A DNA stretch of 59,095 bases, filler included, from Catajapyx aquilonaris (Eukaryota): assembly GCA_000934665.2 (NCBI GenBank). It is 4 parts of 4 records of this genome, joined end to end, with 100 filler letters (N's around TTAATTAATTAA, not from the genome) between each part and the next. Parts side by side here need not be neighbours in the genome. Positions count along the whole stretch, not along the records: positions 1 to 14,723 come from JYFJ02007711.1; 3 more parts are not named here. One strand, 5' to 3'. Positions 1 to 13,382 of the stretch are shown here, in pieces; the first letter of the stretch is position 1; each line of letters begins with the position of its first letter. A program made the position numbers and the translations under genes. The notes under the pieces were generated by a model. The model was not told the origin of the DNA, did no database searches, and saw only the letters and a list, made by a program, of their open reading frames with translations.

Positions 1-1601
1 ATCTATAATCATATGCAACATTGTACTGCCATACTTGCCCTTGCCCCAATTTTGCGTAGTCAAAACAACTATGTGCACGATCACTTTTTATGTTGATTTT
101 ATAAAAGGATGACCTAGAAATGAGTTCGCCAGAGTTTTAGAAAATAACGTCGAGTAAATGATGCGTACCTTCCGTATTGCATAACACTATCCCAGATGAA
201 TCCAAATATAGCCCTTTACGCAGAAAATCAACAATCCCAACTCACAAGCTCCCTGTCTTAACGCTCGAGGCACAGCCCAAGCGATCAACGATTAATACGA
301 AGGGAATGCAGGCAATTTTCAAAGAATAATTATTCTTATACACTATATACATGTAGGGTAGTCAGTACCACGCGGGGTCGCTTCAGGAAGGTCGATCCAT
401 TGTCCTATTATAAGAGCATAATATTAGGAATAATTTCTAGCTTTCCTTTACTGATTTGTAACATGCACTTTCTAGCATTGGCTTTAGCCAGCCCCTGGAT
501 CCTGATATACTACACTATATCCAGGGTTATCACCACTTCCTGCATTTGGCTATCAGGAGTTGGGGGTGTCAACAACGATAAGGTTGCGGCTTGGGATGTT
601 ACAATATTGAGAAAATTTAATAACGGTGTGTATAACATCAGACCGCATCAGACAATACTATCATCAATTCTAGGCTTAAATATGAATCTGATACGAGTTT
701 TAAGCATGTAATAGGCCTCATATAATTTTACTAATAAATGGGCACAATATGTTGTACTGCAATAAAAATAGCCAGTTAAAACACGAATTCAAGAACGAGA
801 GGGAAATGTCAATTTCAGGGTTATCGCAGCTGGCACATATCTTTATCGACACAACACACAAGTATGGCGTTCACCATGTTTCATATTTTTCAGCCGTTAA
901 CCGGGCATTGACATGTACCTTACACCTTAGACAAGAAAAGTCTAGAACTCTAGATATCTCAGTCTCCATCGCCAATGCGTCTGGTGAAACAAACACCGTA
1001 TACGGTAACTTGATCCAACGCGGATTATTGGTTGGGTTATTGTGAACGCTCACCAACGGATATTTTCCTATAAATGTCCACATATCTGCCTTGTGAAATG
1101 TGCATGACTGTGTGGGTTGACACAAGAATTTTTATTTTAAATTTGAATCCGATATCGGCCAAGTTTTCTATGCTACACATCAATGTAGTTTGTATAGCAA
1201 GGGATAGGATGAATTCTCGACTGTCCATGCGTGAGTTTCCTCCGTGCTCTTGAGTTACCTCCTATAACCTGCCCACCAAAAGTGGCGTGTAAAATTTAAG
1301 GTAAAAGAACGTAATTATAACACTAAAGGCGAGGAAATGAGGGTATATTTCCCAATTACATCATCAACTTGACTAAAATTTCCTAATTGCTGGTATGCAT
1401 GCAATGAAACCTGTATCAAGCGGATTTTTTTTCCGAACGGAGGAACTACCGGTACGGTAGTTCCGAACGGAGGAAAAAAAATCCGCGATATTGAACAAGT
1501 TTCGGTTATATGCGACAGAAACGCATACAACACTAGTCTACACATAGTTTACTGTATAGACTAAGTTTCTCAAGACCACAGAAACACGAACAAAATCTGC
1601 C

Positions 1602-1658
<57 letters not shown>
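1602..1658. repeat. (AAT)19 microsatellite
   Basis: Perfect AAT run; explains the poly-L and poly-Y ORFs in the track. Confidence 0.97.
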
Positions 1659-1660
<2 letters not shown>

Positions 1661-2396
1661 TAGGTTATAGTAAACATTGCCTCTATTTGGCTTATCTCGG
1701 TGGTTTGAACTGGTGTTGACCACATAAATAATCTGAACCGGTATACATGCTGGCCGACATGGAAAGCCAATGACCTATTCACGACGTAAACAAATTGATG
1801 AAATAGATTCACATTATCTGACAGAAGTGACAGGCCACGTATATTAGACCACAGGGCACATGCCCGGTCCCCGCGCTATTTGAAAGTTTTATTCGTGCGA
1901 GTATAGTGGCTGGAATGAATACAATACACAATTACTCCATTTCCGTTAGATTAACATACAGGTAGATGTGCAAAATCACAAGTAACGTTATTTTGTTAGT
2001 GTAAACAATTTCCGATCACTTGTATTAAAGGGATAGCCAATAGCTCCTAACAATAACGCGCACAAAAGCCCGTTCCATCAAGCTAAAGCGTGACTGTTAC
2101 ACGTGGACAGGATCGTGTCCAGGGGATATCATACCGATTGACCAAAGTGCATGTTTGCAAGACAAATACTATTTTCTGGGGATTGATCACTGATTATAAT
2201 ATTACATTTTGGACACCTCCCCCCCCCCCCCCACCTACAAAAANAATATAAAAATTAATAAAAATAAAAAATAAAATCCATGCGACGACTCTGCACGTGG
2301 ACCTGACATACCCCGACCATACCCAACACCGATGACGAATGAACTAGAAAACTTGAGACAGTTACTCATCTCTCTAGTCATCCTGTCCTTACTAAC

Positions 2397-2664
2397 CTAT
2401 CATGGTTCCAACGATGATGGCAATGGCACTGATGAGCCCCACGTTCCTCTTCTTACTATCGTGGACCTCCGGCTCTTTGGACACCATAAGGGGCTCCCCA
2501 TCTGCTGCAGCTGCCTCCGACCGAACTTGGGCCGGCGGCCGGGCCACTTCACCTCCTTTCTCATCTGGACAAGAGAGCAACGGGTCATCAACTTTGGCAT
2601 CATTGTCAATGCCCCGAGCCGCCGCAGCCTCCTGACTACCAACATCGTATGTCCGAGTAACCAT
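2397..2664 (-). CDS. First coding exon of an SLC7/LAT-family amino-acid transporter light chain (b(0,+)AT/SLC7A9-like)
   Basis: Translation ends ...KKRNVGLISAIAIIVGTMIG, the LAT pre-TM1/TM1 motif normally continuing SGIF. It stops at a phase-1 donor (ATA G|GTTAGT, intron from 2396). ATG at 2664 has strong context (GCG ATG G). Downstream exons were not found in 1-2396. Start choice is uncertain. Confidence 0.85.
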
Positions 2665-4862
2665 CGCCACTTTAACACGCACACATGCGGCTGAATTGTC
2701 CACCAGACTAACTCTCGTTTCCCTCGGGCCCCAATCATCTCTCCCCCATCCCCTTCACCCTCCGAGACTCCCTCTTCCCGCCGATGCTAGAACCATATTA
2801 GTACCGGTATACGGCTGCTTCTCTTCGGCAAAACCACTCCCCATCTCTGGGACACAGAGGAACCCACACCCCCCTTGCTTTTCATTCATTCCAACAGCTG
2901 CAATGGTCGAGGACACTAACTGTTTCACCATGGCCATGAGCGTCTGTTCACACTGGTACAACTAACAATTTCTGTGACATTATGTTGTTAGCAAGAAATA
3001 GGCTCGGAGGATAGTTACATTATCCAAATGTCAATGACCTCCGAAAAAATGTCCAAAACAGCGCAACATAACTTAAATGACAAGCAGTCAACATCGACAT
3101 TTCTGATGAGCATTAAGTTTCGACATCATTCTATAAGCAATAATCAGTCATTGTGAACCACCGTAAATAGCAGCATATTTCAAGTTCAGGGTCATTATAT
3201 ATCGCGGTCGACGTCCGAGACTAATCAGCTGGCTCAAGTCTATATACAGCAAGGACGTCGTGCAAGGTGTCCTACGAGTTGCGTCAGAAAAGTTAGTACT
3301 TTGGCTCCATCCGTACACGCGCTCTTGGAAAGAGTTTTGCGACACATAAAACAAAACCGTGATGCAATGCACTACAGGTCGCGCCGCCAAGACATTGCAA
3401 ATAGTCTTGTTTACCAGTCTTTCTCTCTTTATAAGTTGGCCATCCAAGTCAAAGCAAAAGGGGCCACCAGATATCTCTCATGTGGGTGGAGGGATAACCC
3501 TATAGTGTATGAGGGTTCATAGCCCCTATATGACATATAGGATCAGGCATCAGGGTGTCTAGACCACACTTTTGAGAGGTTGTCAAGAACCTGTTTGGTG
3601 TATTATGCGGGTGGGTTGTGCAGGAGACCAACAATTGACTTCGTCACCAACAGGCTCAACTGGAGTGACGATGGACTTACAGTAGGCCTATAGTGTATAT
3701 TCTACTTTTTGCATTCAATTCGCGGGGGTGCCACATCTGCAAGAGACATACGCTCGTCAATATTGTGATGCCTTTGCAACAATGGATTTTTTTTATTTAA
3801 CACTGCTATAAATGCTTTCGAAATGTAATTTGAAAGTGAACAACGAAGCGTCTTAAGGAAAAAAAAGTACTTGCACGTATGTACCGTATGTTTTCTCTCT
3901 CTTTATGTATAGGTGTTGTGTTACCTTAGTGCTTAGAAGATATTTTCTACAGATGAAATTCCTGAATTTGCAAACAATTTTCAGAAAAATATGACAATTC
4001 TTTACCGCCAACAGCTATTGGTGCTATGTATTAAATGGAGGTCAATAAACCATGGGCCCCATGGGTTTCATTATTTATCTCGCTTCAATACAAATATACA
4101 GAACTGCTCCTACAGAGATGAAGATTATTCATAGCGGTAAATATTACGGCAAAATGAGATACATTTTCCGATACTACCTCAATTGGAATATTCCCACCCG
4201 CACAAACAAATTATATGCAATTCAAATAAAATACCTGGCGACACCATGTATACGGTCATGAGCAAGAAGTAGGAGCGGGTCAGCAAACTGGTATTATGGA
4301 AGCATGATTGTCTATACTCTATAGCGTTTTTTGTCTACACCACGTTTTAAGGTGGCTTTGTCCCTTAATCATCATAATTATGCCAAATTAACAAACTCTG
4401 AACTAAGCAAGAAAAATCGAAAAAATGCAAAACACTGCCGTCAAAATAATCTGACAGTGAGTTTACATGCATCATGTTTACAGCATGGATCCTAATTCTT
4501 GCGACTTACTAAGTACAGTCTGTATGGACCTATGACTAAAATCAGTCATCACTTGATATAACACTCATCAGTAGTATCAACGTGTTCCTTAAGTTTTTAA
4601 ACTTAATTGCTGTCAGCGCAAAAAATTAAATCCAACTGCGTATCACCACACCCCTGCAAGAATAACATTTATCCTGACTGTGCAGGGCTATTCGCGAACC
4701 ATCTCTGCTCAACGGAACAGCCTAATTTCCAGGGGGGGAAACCCTTGTCAGATCATGCCGTTCTAAATAGTACTGTACGTGTTAGCCCGAAAACACAAAA
4801 AAATACAATAAATTGCATAACATATCCATGCATATTGGTGGACGGCATTTGAACGAGTCTAA

Positions 4863-4976
4863 TAATATTTCCTAATAGTTAAATTAATTTTAAAAATACT
4901 AATTAATAAATTCCTAATATTTCCTCATAGTTAAATTAATTTTAAAAATACTAATTAATAAGTTCCTAATATTTCC
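4863..4976. repeat. AT-rich tandem duplication, about 52-bp unit x2.2
   Basis: taatatttcct(a/c)atagttaaattaattttaaaaatactaattaataa recurs at 4863 and 4915, partially at 4967. Confidence 0.9.
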
Positions 4977-6505
4977 CCTGGCAAATAAAAACGCCAGATT
5001 GTTTAAATTACGTCAGCAAAATTATTTACAATTTTTTGCGCAAATATCCACTGACTAACTTTTATTTATTTATTTCATTTTTTTTCCTTTCTTCTTTTTT
5101 TTGTTTTGTAACGACACTATCTCGCATCAATGGATAATGTCAAGCCCTCCTTGTAACTGCACATTGCACAAAGGGGCAGTAGAGGTAAGTACCTCGTCCC
5201 ACCAGATTTAACTCAGTGTTGAAAGTGGCACACAACCCACACGAGTCCAGTTTTATTTTATCGTGCAAGACTTTTCCCTGCCCCAAGAAGTAGGCCACCA
5301 CAAAATACTGTAGTCTCTTCAACTATACTGCAACGTGCCCGTCCAATACTGTATCCCAACTACGTAAAAGAATAAACGGTACAGGTCGTCACTTATTTAG
5401 CCCCCTGTGTGTGTATATAATTATTTGCCCTCTTTCTCCACAGACACACGTTGCACCCGTGCCTAGAACACGTGTTTGCTACCAGACGTACTATATTGGG
5501 CAGAGGAAGGAATGAGTACGAGCTTCTATTTTAGACAGCATTCATCGGCTACCTACGCTCATACTCATCCTGGCAGTTCTACTGAAGATTATTTTGCGGA
5601 AAATCTAGAAATAAGTCGTAGAAAACGTTTTGCGCATCCGTACTGTCTAATATAAAAATGTTCGTGTGTGATTTATCAATGACTTGATCGACTACATATT
5701 TTTTTTCGCAAATAGGTAAAAACGTGTCATTTTTCTCATGCAGATAAAAGCAATTTCCTATTATACAGAGTAAATAGACCATTGATTAAATATTCCCAAA
5801 TAGTAATTGTTTTTTTTACGTCTTTCTTCGAAATTAGGAACACTTTTTTTTCGAAACTGGATAAACTAGTGTATTAATTTTTTAATTGGGCTTTTTTCCT
5901 ATGAATTAAAAATAACTTTAATTGCTGGGCCTCGTATAGGTATTATTCAAGGTATTAAAAGATTCATTTCTTTATGTTGCTGCGCTAACAAGAGAAACAA
6001 AACTTAAGGGTGTCAAAATTTGGGCACTTTTCCCTACGGAATTGACATTTTTTCGGACTTTTATTTCTAACACTTTGTTTTGGTGATGCACGGATAATCC
6101 GCACTCGGATAATCGGGAGTACAGCGTCAGCGTATATTCAAGTGGTAACGTTTGCGAAAAAAATAGCAGCTTGCAGGACGTGTCAAGTGGAATGCGGACT
6201 ACCCAGGAAAGATGTGTAGGCCTGTGTCTATAAACCAGCTTTCAAGGTCATGAAACAAATCCTGGATACTATGCCACCAAGCATACCTAGTAAAATACTG
6301 TAAGTCTTTCGCTGGGAATATTGGTGTTTCAACGGCTTCCAAAATTACGCTGTAATAAATACGGTAATAGCCTTTATTGTACGAGCACATTGCATATAGT
6401 GTACTGCATTATACGAGTAGAGTGTGATTTTGATTTTACATAATATGCCTTTAGTGGCCAATTTCATTCGATTACACGGTGTTCAGCCCACACTTTTTTA
6501 CGTAC

Positions 6506-6525
6506 CAGAGATATTAATATCTCTG
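6506..6525. mobile_element. 20-bp perfect palindrome with 8-bp TSD (transposon footprint or micro-MITE)
   Basis: TTACGTAC|CAGAGATATTAATATCTCTG|TTACGTAC. Confidence 0.7.
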
Positions 6526-7636
6526 TTACGTACAGGGTGATCCGATAACGAAGAGATACTGCTGACAAAAAATATGTAAATTACAGCTTTTTAAAAAAAG
6601 AAAGGTTTACAGGTAGCCTTAGTTGCATTGGTTCCTTCCCAATTAATCAATTAATCGATCGATGACGTATCTTCTCTTTCGACCTTGTAGTGATTATCAC
6701 AGACTTAGGGCACATACGAGTATTTCCGACTCATTGCAGTTTCTGACATCAATGCGGCCATTGCTGATGTCCGTGGATGTTTCCCATCGTATGTGTGAGG
6801 GGTGTTCACAAAGTAATACGAACAAGTCGGGAAAGAGAAATATTTCATTTTTCAACATAGTCGACTTTCATGGTGATACGCTCATTTTTCTAGTCCGTCC
6901 CTGTCGTCCATTACCAGGGTCTTGACAGCATCAGCAGAGGCATTTTCGTCCGTCAGACTAGTTGTAGGCCTTCCAGGGCGGGGGTCACTTCGCAGGCTCC
7001 CATGCCGACAGTTGAAGCTTGCAACTAATCTCATAACCATTAAGTATAATTATGATGGATAATAATCATTACACAGTGCCCTAGGACATGTCCTCAGACG
7101 GTATGAATATCCGCAACGCTCATCTTCGTCATAGTGAGATATTTGATGACAGCACGATGCTCAAAACTCAAGTTGAAGACTCACTGCACTTAGGACTGCT
7201 CTAAATTTTTTCCTCAATTGTATATGCTTCATCTGGAGATGATGCAATATCCTGTGCAGGGCAGGAATGCCTCTGCAAGGTGACAATATTTTCATACCCG
7301 ATGGAGCACGTGCGGAATTGGAAAAGCTCATTACTTTCGGAATACTCCTCGTATGTTAGATAGGCTAAGTATGTAAAAGTATGCCTGCAAGATGATGAGA
7401 AAGGTCTCGATTTCTCTCGTATTTAGGTTTTTATGGAATTTCTAAGAAGTCGATTTTCTCGGACTAATTGATTTTGGCGATTTCAGCTTCATGACAGAAA
7501 TAATTAAATATTAACGCTGCATGTGCACACGCAGTATGTTATTCTCGTAGGATCAACTTGTGCATCAGGCGACCCAGGTATGGCAAGGCGGGTTTAACAC
7601 CATTTTGTCATAACCCGCAGGATAACCACCATTAGA

Positions 7637-7899
7637 CAGGGTGTTCCAAGTATGCGGGTCACTTTAGTTATAGAAAAATTTGCCCCAAGTTGTTATTTTT
7701 GTGTAGCTAGTGCGCCCCGATCCTGGTGCCCAATTATTCCCAGGTGGGCGAATATAGCAGTTGCTATATACAATCATATTGAATTAGGGCACCTGAATCA
7801 GAGAGCAACAAGCTACACGAATATACCTACTTAGGGCGATATTAGCGATAATTTAAAACGACCCTGATATACTTGGAGCCAAGCTTGGAGCACTACCTG
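7637..7899. mobile_element. Degenerate Tc1/mariner-type MITE
   Basis: CAGGGTGTTCCAAG ... CTTGGAGCACTACCTG-TA imperfect TIRs. Confidence 0.5.
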
Positions 7900-10800
7900 T
7901 ATCTGTGTAACCTTACATACCAATACAGCCGAAATCGTCAAAATCTTGGATATTTTTGTAACTGATAATACGTTTTTTTTGCATATTTTGTCCTATAAGA
8001 ATAATGGCTCATTCTGCAGCAGGGCGGTGCATAACTCCTTCATAAAACAGCTAGTATATTCCTTATCATCCACACGCGTGACGGTACAAAAATTGTCAGC
8101 CGATTAGTTCCAAAATGGGCCCGAAAAATCATGCATAATATTTTCGTCCTGGAATAGGCCAATGAACCGCCTTACATGTCCATTATGGAGCAGTTTATAC
8201 CCTGAATATCGGCAAGTGACTTCGAGGCGGTGTGAACTGCTCTCCGACTAAGTGCTCTGATAACAGTGATTACATACACACCAGCATATGACAATCCTGC
8301 TCGTCTGGTTTACGTAAATAAATCCTTACACATTTCCCAGTCAGTTGAAGCTTGTTTTCTCAATACACGTTTTGTCACCTTATATGCAGTTGTCATGTGC
8401 AAGAGTGAAGGGATGATTAATGATTTTGCATTCTGCTTAGAACAGTTTCGCTATATTAGTCTGTTTACGCTCAGCTTCAGTTTCTCAATGGAGCCATTTC
8501 CAAACCACTCCTTATCTTAAGATATGTACAAGTCATTTTCATCTTAACGACTATATGGCAGGAGGAATCTTGTGTCTTTTGATACTACACACCAGGTGGA
8601 GAGAAAAAAAACTTGAGTTAAAATTTCACGTAAAAATGCAGGGTCAAATCATTGCAACAAAATACCTTAGGGCAAATAATTCACAATTTCCCTCCTATTA
8701 GGTGTTCAAGGCTTCTAAACTCCTCGTTACGAGCTTACACAAAAATCATTCTCTTTCTGCCACATGTTAGAAAACTACAAGTTCGCACTTATTATCTTAC
8801 TATCATTTAGTTCTAAATGTTAGAACGATATCATGGTCCAATTTCATAATGGTCTGGTTTATAGTGATACAAAAAACCTCATACTGTAATGCTGATACGT
8901 GCTACTGATTTATGCAATGTTATGGCTATTTGAGTAACACTACGGTGGGAACGCGATAGGGCCGCAGCGGATTGGATAGTGCGAAACTCTTCGTTTTTTG
9001 GTATGGTTCATATTACGATTTACAACAGTGGGAAATGACACCAGAGACGGAAGCTTATTTTTGTAAAAGGACAAGCCTTATTTTTCTGTCACTTATGAAG
9101 TACTTCTACTCATACTACCTATACGGTATGTCTTGAAGTATTTTCTAGGTACACCTATATGTCAATAAGTTGGAAGGTGTTCAATATTGTAGGTAGAGGT
9201 ATAAACGTATATGCGCTGTTATTTTACAGTGTAGTTTTTGGACATAATTCTTCAATAAATAACGCTCAAGAAGTTTACTTTTTGGACGCCTCGCGGTATA
9301 AATGAAATTATAAACCAGTGTGACAGACAGGAAATGACACTTTCCTGATGAAGTTTAGTTCTTCAGTACAAAACAAAATATTCGAGCGCACCAAAGTCGC
9401 AAAATGTAACTGAAGGTCACCTCCAACTATACTGTAGCCATGTAGTGTGATCAAAAAAGTTTGAAAAAGGTCGATTGTCATATTCGGTGCCAAGAAAACG
9501 ATTCTCCATTTGAGGAAATCAAATTAATACCGGTATGATCCTCCTAAATCGTGGTTACGTGTTAATAGTGTATGGATGCTGTCACGCGTAGATTACGGAT
9601 GGGATTATTCACAGAAAGATTTACAAAGTGTTTTTAAGGCATATATGAGAATGTAGAGATCCAGCCCTGAGCAGTTGTAGCTGAGAGGCTATGAAAATAA
9701 GCGACGAGTGTTAATGAATGCACTTAGCGCAAGTAATGGGACCAATCTCACAGCCTATAGTCAACAGACAATTTTAAAAAGAGGCTGCATAAAATATGCA
9801 AATGAACCACAGTTGCCTTGTAACGCAACACGAATCATGCTAGTGATAAAAACTTTGCATCTAGCATACCGTACATGTTTAGAATATTTTCATGTAACAC
9901 CAGATGATGTCTGTGCCCATATTAGTCTTCTCCAAGAATGTAGATTTTTCGGAATTAGATCAAATGAATACGTGAACACACACACACACTATCTGCAATG
10001 GTTAAAGTTTACATCCACTCCATGAAAGACTCTCATTAATTTACACGCCTATAATATTACACACGTATTCCCTGTATCCTGATTGAACTTAAGACCTTGT
10101 TACATCCGGAGATGTGGAAAGCAAAACTTGAATGTATAAAAAGCAGACAGTAGAGAAAAAGTCGGAGACTCACCCTGCTGTTCTGGAACCTGAGAGGGCA
10201 TGTCGTAAACTGTCACCCTACCCCACAAAAGGCCTAGTTATAAACAACTCTGAGAGGAAGTCGCTAAGGTTATCAGTCATGTCATGAATGCGCTTCTTAG
10301 GCCAGCTTGAAGCAGTATCATTGAATTAAATGTTGTTGCCCATGTAAGACATTATAGTGACTATGTAGCGTGCTACGTCACTGTGCGAGGTAGGCGTATG
10401 CATTTGGGGCTGTACAGCAATACCATTATTAATGGGTACCCTATATAGATAGCTATTTCATTTACAGAGAGGCGTTACGCAATAACCTAACTACTCTGAA
10501 AATGCCGGCAGGGGTCATTATTGGAAGACGGTCAGGGTTTCATTGCTCATCTAATAACCTATGGGTCATTTCCCAATATATATGCCTTCTTCTATAGAGC
10601 AGCGGTTCTCAAACGGTTTTAGTCGCGGCTCGCGGAGCACTTTTCAGGAGAGATTACATAGTAATGGAGCACTATTGTCATCCATATTGCCCATTTGCCT
10701 GTTTTTATTGCACAGTATTTTTCTAGTTGTCAGTCGAGATTTGATTGCCCAGCAAAAGCACAAATAATTTTTCAAATTCTAAATAGCTTGATCTAAACGT

Positions 10801-11711
10801 ATTTCCAATTGAATGTCATTAATAATATTGGAGCTTCAAATCTACTCAAACCGCATCAATTTTGCACATATACCGCGGTAAGTGTCTTTGGCATTAAAGT
10901 GACAATAATATATATTTCACCTGACACAGTGTACTGGACATTTTTGCGGGTAACGAACCGCAACGTTCGGACGAATTTTTCTGACTTTCATTGCTATTTG
11001 CCATGTTTGTGGAAAACTTTTGAGGATTCTTTTTTCCCCATCGAGTTCCACATCGAGAGTAGGCCTACTGCATTTTGCAATCATTCCAACATAAATATAT
11101 ACTGTATAATTCGTATATAATTCGATAGCACCAGAGGAGCAGTAACACGGTAACGAACCAACGCAACGGTTTGAGGACACGCATTTCTGCACCGGGTTAC
11201 ATTGCATCATATAACTCTGCGAATTCTGAGTGGTTTTGAGGGCAGTAAAGATGCGCTAGAGACGAAAAGTGTGGGGAATTCATTGGTCACCTTGTCGTAC
11301 CGGTATCTGCTTATCTTTGCATCGTAGAGGAACAAAACACGCGGTAACGAACCAACTAAAAAAAGTATACCAAAAAATGTCACCAGAGGATTCTCATGTA
11401 TCGGTCGATTGAGAATAAGGCTATAGGTTATAATATGACCTGGTCATCACCGGCTACCTATACCGAAACAGAGTGTTTGCAGACCAGGCTGACGCAGACA
11501 CCTCAATGAACTGACTATTGTTGTTCCGAATTCGCCATTTTGTCAGATTGACTTGGACCCAGTGATTGTTGCAAAAAGGACGCATATATGAATGGCGCAC
11601 AATATTGATAGTTTTTTTTCGGGGGCATCACATTGGATGGGAATGACAAGTTTCGCATGGCACCACGTCATCAGTGAGATACTGCATAACATGAAAGTAA
11701 TATACGATATC

Positions 11712-12082
11712 GGGAGGTGTAGATGGCCGAGATGGTAACGTCTCGGCTGGCTGAGTGAAAGGCCCCAGGTTCGATCCCCGCCTGGGGAGTTTTCCTCTCA
11801 CCTGCGTCAGGAGGGTCTCTGACCTGCATCTTGGAGGTGTCTGGCAACCTAACCTCCTGGGGGACAGCACATGGCCCCTTTTCAGACACTGCACTTGCAC
11901 CTATGTTCCCTCCCCAAAAATCCCTACCCCTACCCCTACCCCTATACATCAAATATTATTGACGCGCTTCCCTTGACTCCTTGCACCGGAGATTGAAGTT
12001 AGAAATATAGAAAAATGGAGTGAAATGGTGGTATTCCACCCCCCTAAAAAAGCACCGCCTTATCACGGGGTAAAGTAAAAAA
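11712..12082 (+). mobile_element. tRNA-derived SINE, family A copy 1
   Basis: A box TGGCCGAGATGG, B box GGTTCGATCCC, A-rich end; about 270 bp aligns with 12938-13300. Confidence 0.85.
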
Positions 12083-12174
12083 ACGATAAGTGAACACAAA
12101 AAAGTTGAATTTTCCGAAGCAATATATTTTTGGGTACTGTAATGCGAGTTACAGTGGGGAACAAGTCACTCTGA

Positions 12175-12600
12175 ACAAGTAGAGCTCTGACCATGATCTT
12201 AGAATACTCACTTGTCAGGTCTGGTCACTCCCACCTACCCCCTGCCGGGGCGTTTTGCATGAGGTGCTCACCTGAGGGCGCCATGACCCATGAGACCTTT
12301 CAGAGCACTGGTATGTGGCGACCCTACCGGACTACGCCGAACTTATAGGTACAAAAGGGAAGGGCTACATTGGGGGACCCACCATGGTCGCCGATGCCAT
12401 GTTGGGCCCGCATAGCGCTTCCCTTTTGTACCTATAAAGTTCAGCGTAGTCCGGTAGGGTCGCCACATACCAGTGCTCTGAAAGGTCTGGCGCTCTCAGT
12501 TGAGCACCTCCTGCAAAACGCCCCGGGAGGCGATAAGATCAGAATGTAGTATAAGTGTCCAGCGGTGTCCAGGGGCTGGCTCTGACGGACATCTCCATTG
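12175..12600. mobile_element. Unclassified repeat with long internal palindrome and asymmetric ends (copy 1)
   Basis: Arms about 12245-12370 and 12415-12525 are inverted; homologous to 28110-28450. Confidence 0.75.
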
Positions 12601-12903
12601 AAAAATGTAGTCTCGGAAATACCATCATTGACTACTCTGTATTGAAGAGATGATAATACTTTCTATCGTATTCGTCATTTTTTGTAAGATTCAGATTCTT
12701 CGTGATACTGTATGACGTTTTGATTTCTGGATCCAACTCTGACGTCACTGTCTTGTCCCATATATGAGTTTCCCGTTTTGTCAAAATGCGACGCAACACT
12801 TGACGGTGCTGGCAGTGACCATAACTCCATATTGGAAGAAGAAAAAAATGTTGAATTCGTCCCTGTCATATTAGCGACGAACTAATGTCCCTGAGTCGAA
12901 TAT

Positions 12904-13382
12904 ATTTTCGTCTCACTGTTAGTTACTGCTAACTTAGAGGGGAGGTGTGGTGGCCGTGATGGTAACGTCACGGCTTGCCGAGCGAAAGGCCCCAGGTTCG
13001 ATCCCCGCCTGGGGAACTTTCCTTTCGCCTGCGTCAGGAGGGTCTCTGACCTGCACCAAGGAGGTGTCTGGCAACCTAACCTCCTGGGGAACAGCACATG
13101 ACCCAGTTGTTGACATTGCACTTGCACCTACGTTCCCTCCCCAAAAATCCCTTCCCTTACCCGACATCCTTGACTCATTGCACCGGTGTATGAAGAAAAG
13201 TGTAATACACATAGAAAACTGATGGTGGTGAGCCACCCCCCTATAGGGCTTAGGCCCACAACGGGGTACATAATAAAAAAACAAAAAAAACAAAAAAAAA
13301 TACTGCTAACTTAGCAGTAGCCTACAAGTGTTGGCACTATGACTGCTACCTTAGCAGTAACTAGCAGTGGGGCGAAAATTCC
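12904..13382. mobile_element. About 100-bp palindromic MITE (TTTTCGTC..GCTAACTTAGC family) split by a SINE
   Basis: Other copies at 51245-51346 and 55519-55619; ends attttcgtctcactg / cagtggggcgaaaatt. Confidence 0.75.
12938..13300 (+). mobile_element. tRNA-derived SINE, family A copy 2
   Basis: A and B boxes, A-rich tail, 14-bp TSD TACTGCTAACTTAG (12924-12937 / 13301-13314). Confidence 0.92.

Noticed and set aside
11712..11790. tRNA genes at SINE heads (also 12938, 35640-35715, 57396)
   Set aside because: A/B boxes are present but there is no proper cloverleaf, and each continues into a SINE body with tail and TSD.
13061..13121. HDV-like ribozyme in SINE-A
   Set aside because: Rough topological resemblance only; L3 is too short and no correct P1.1 or J4/2 is present.
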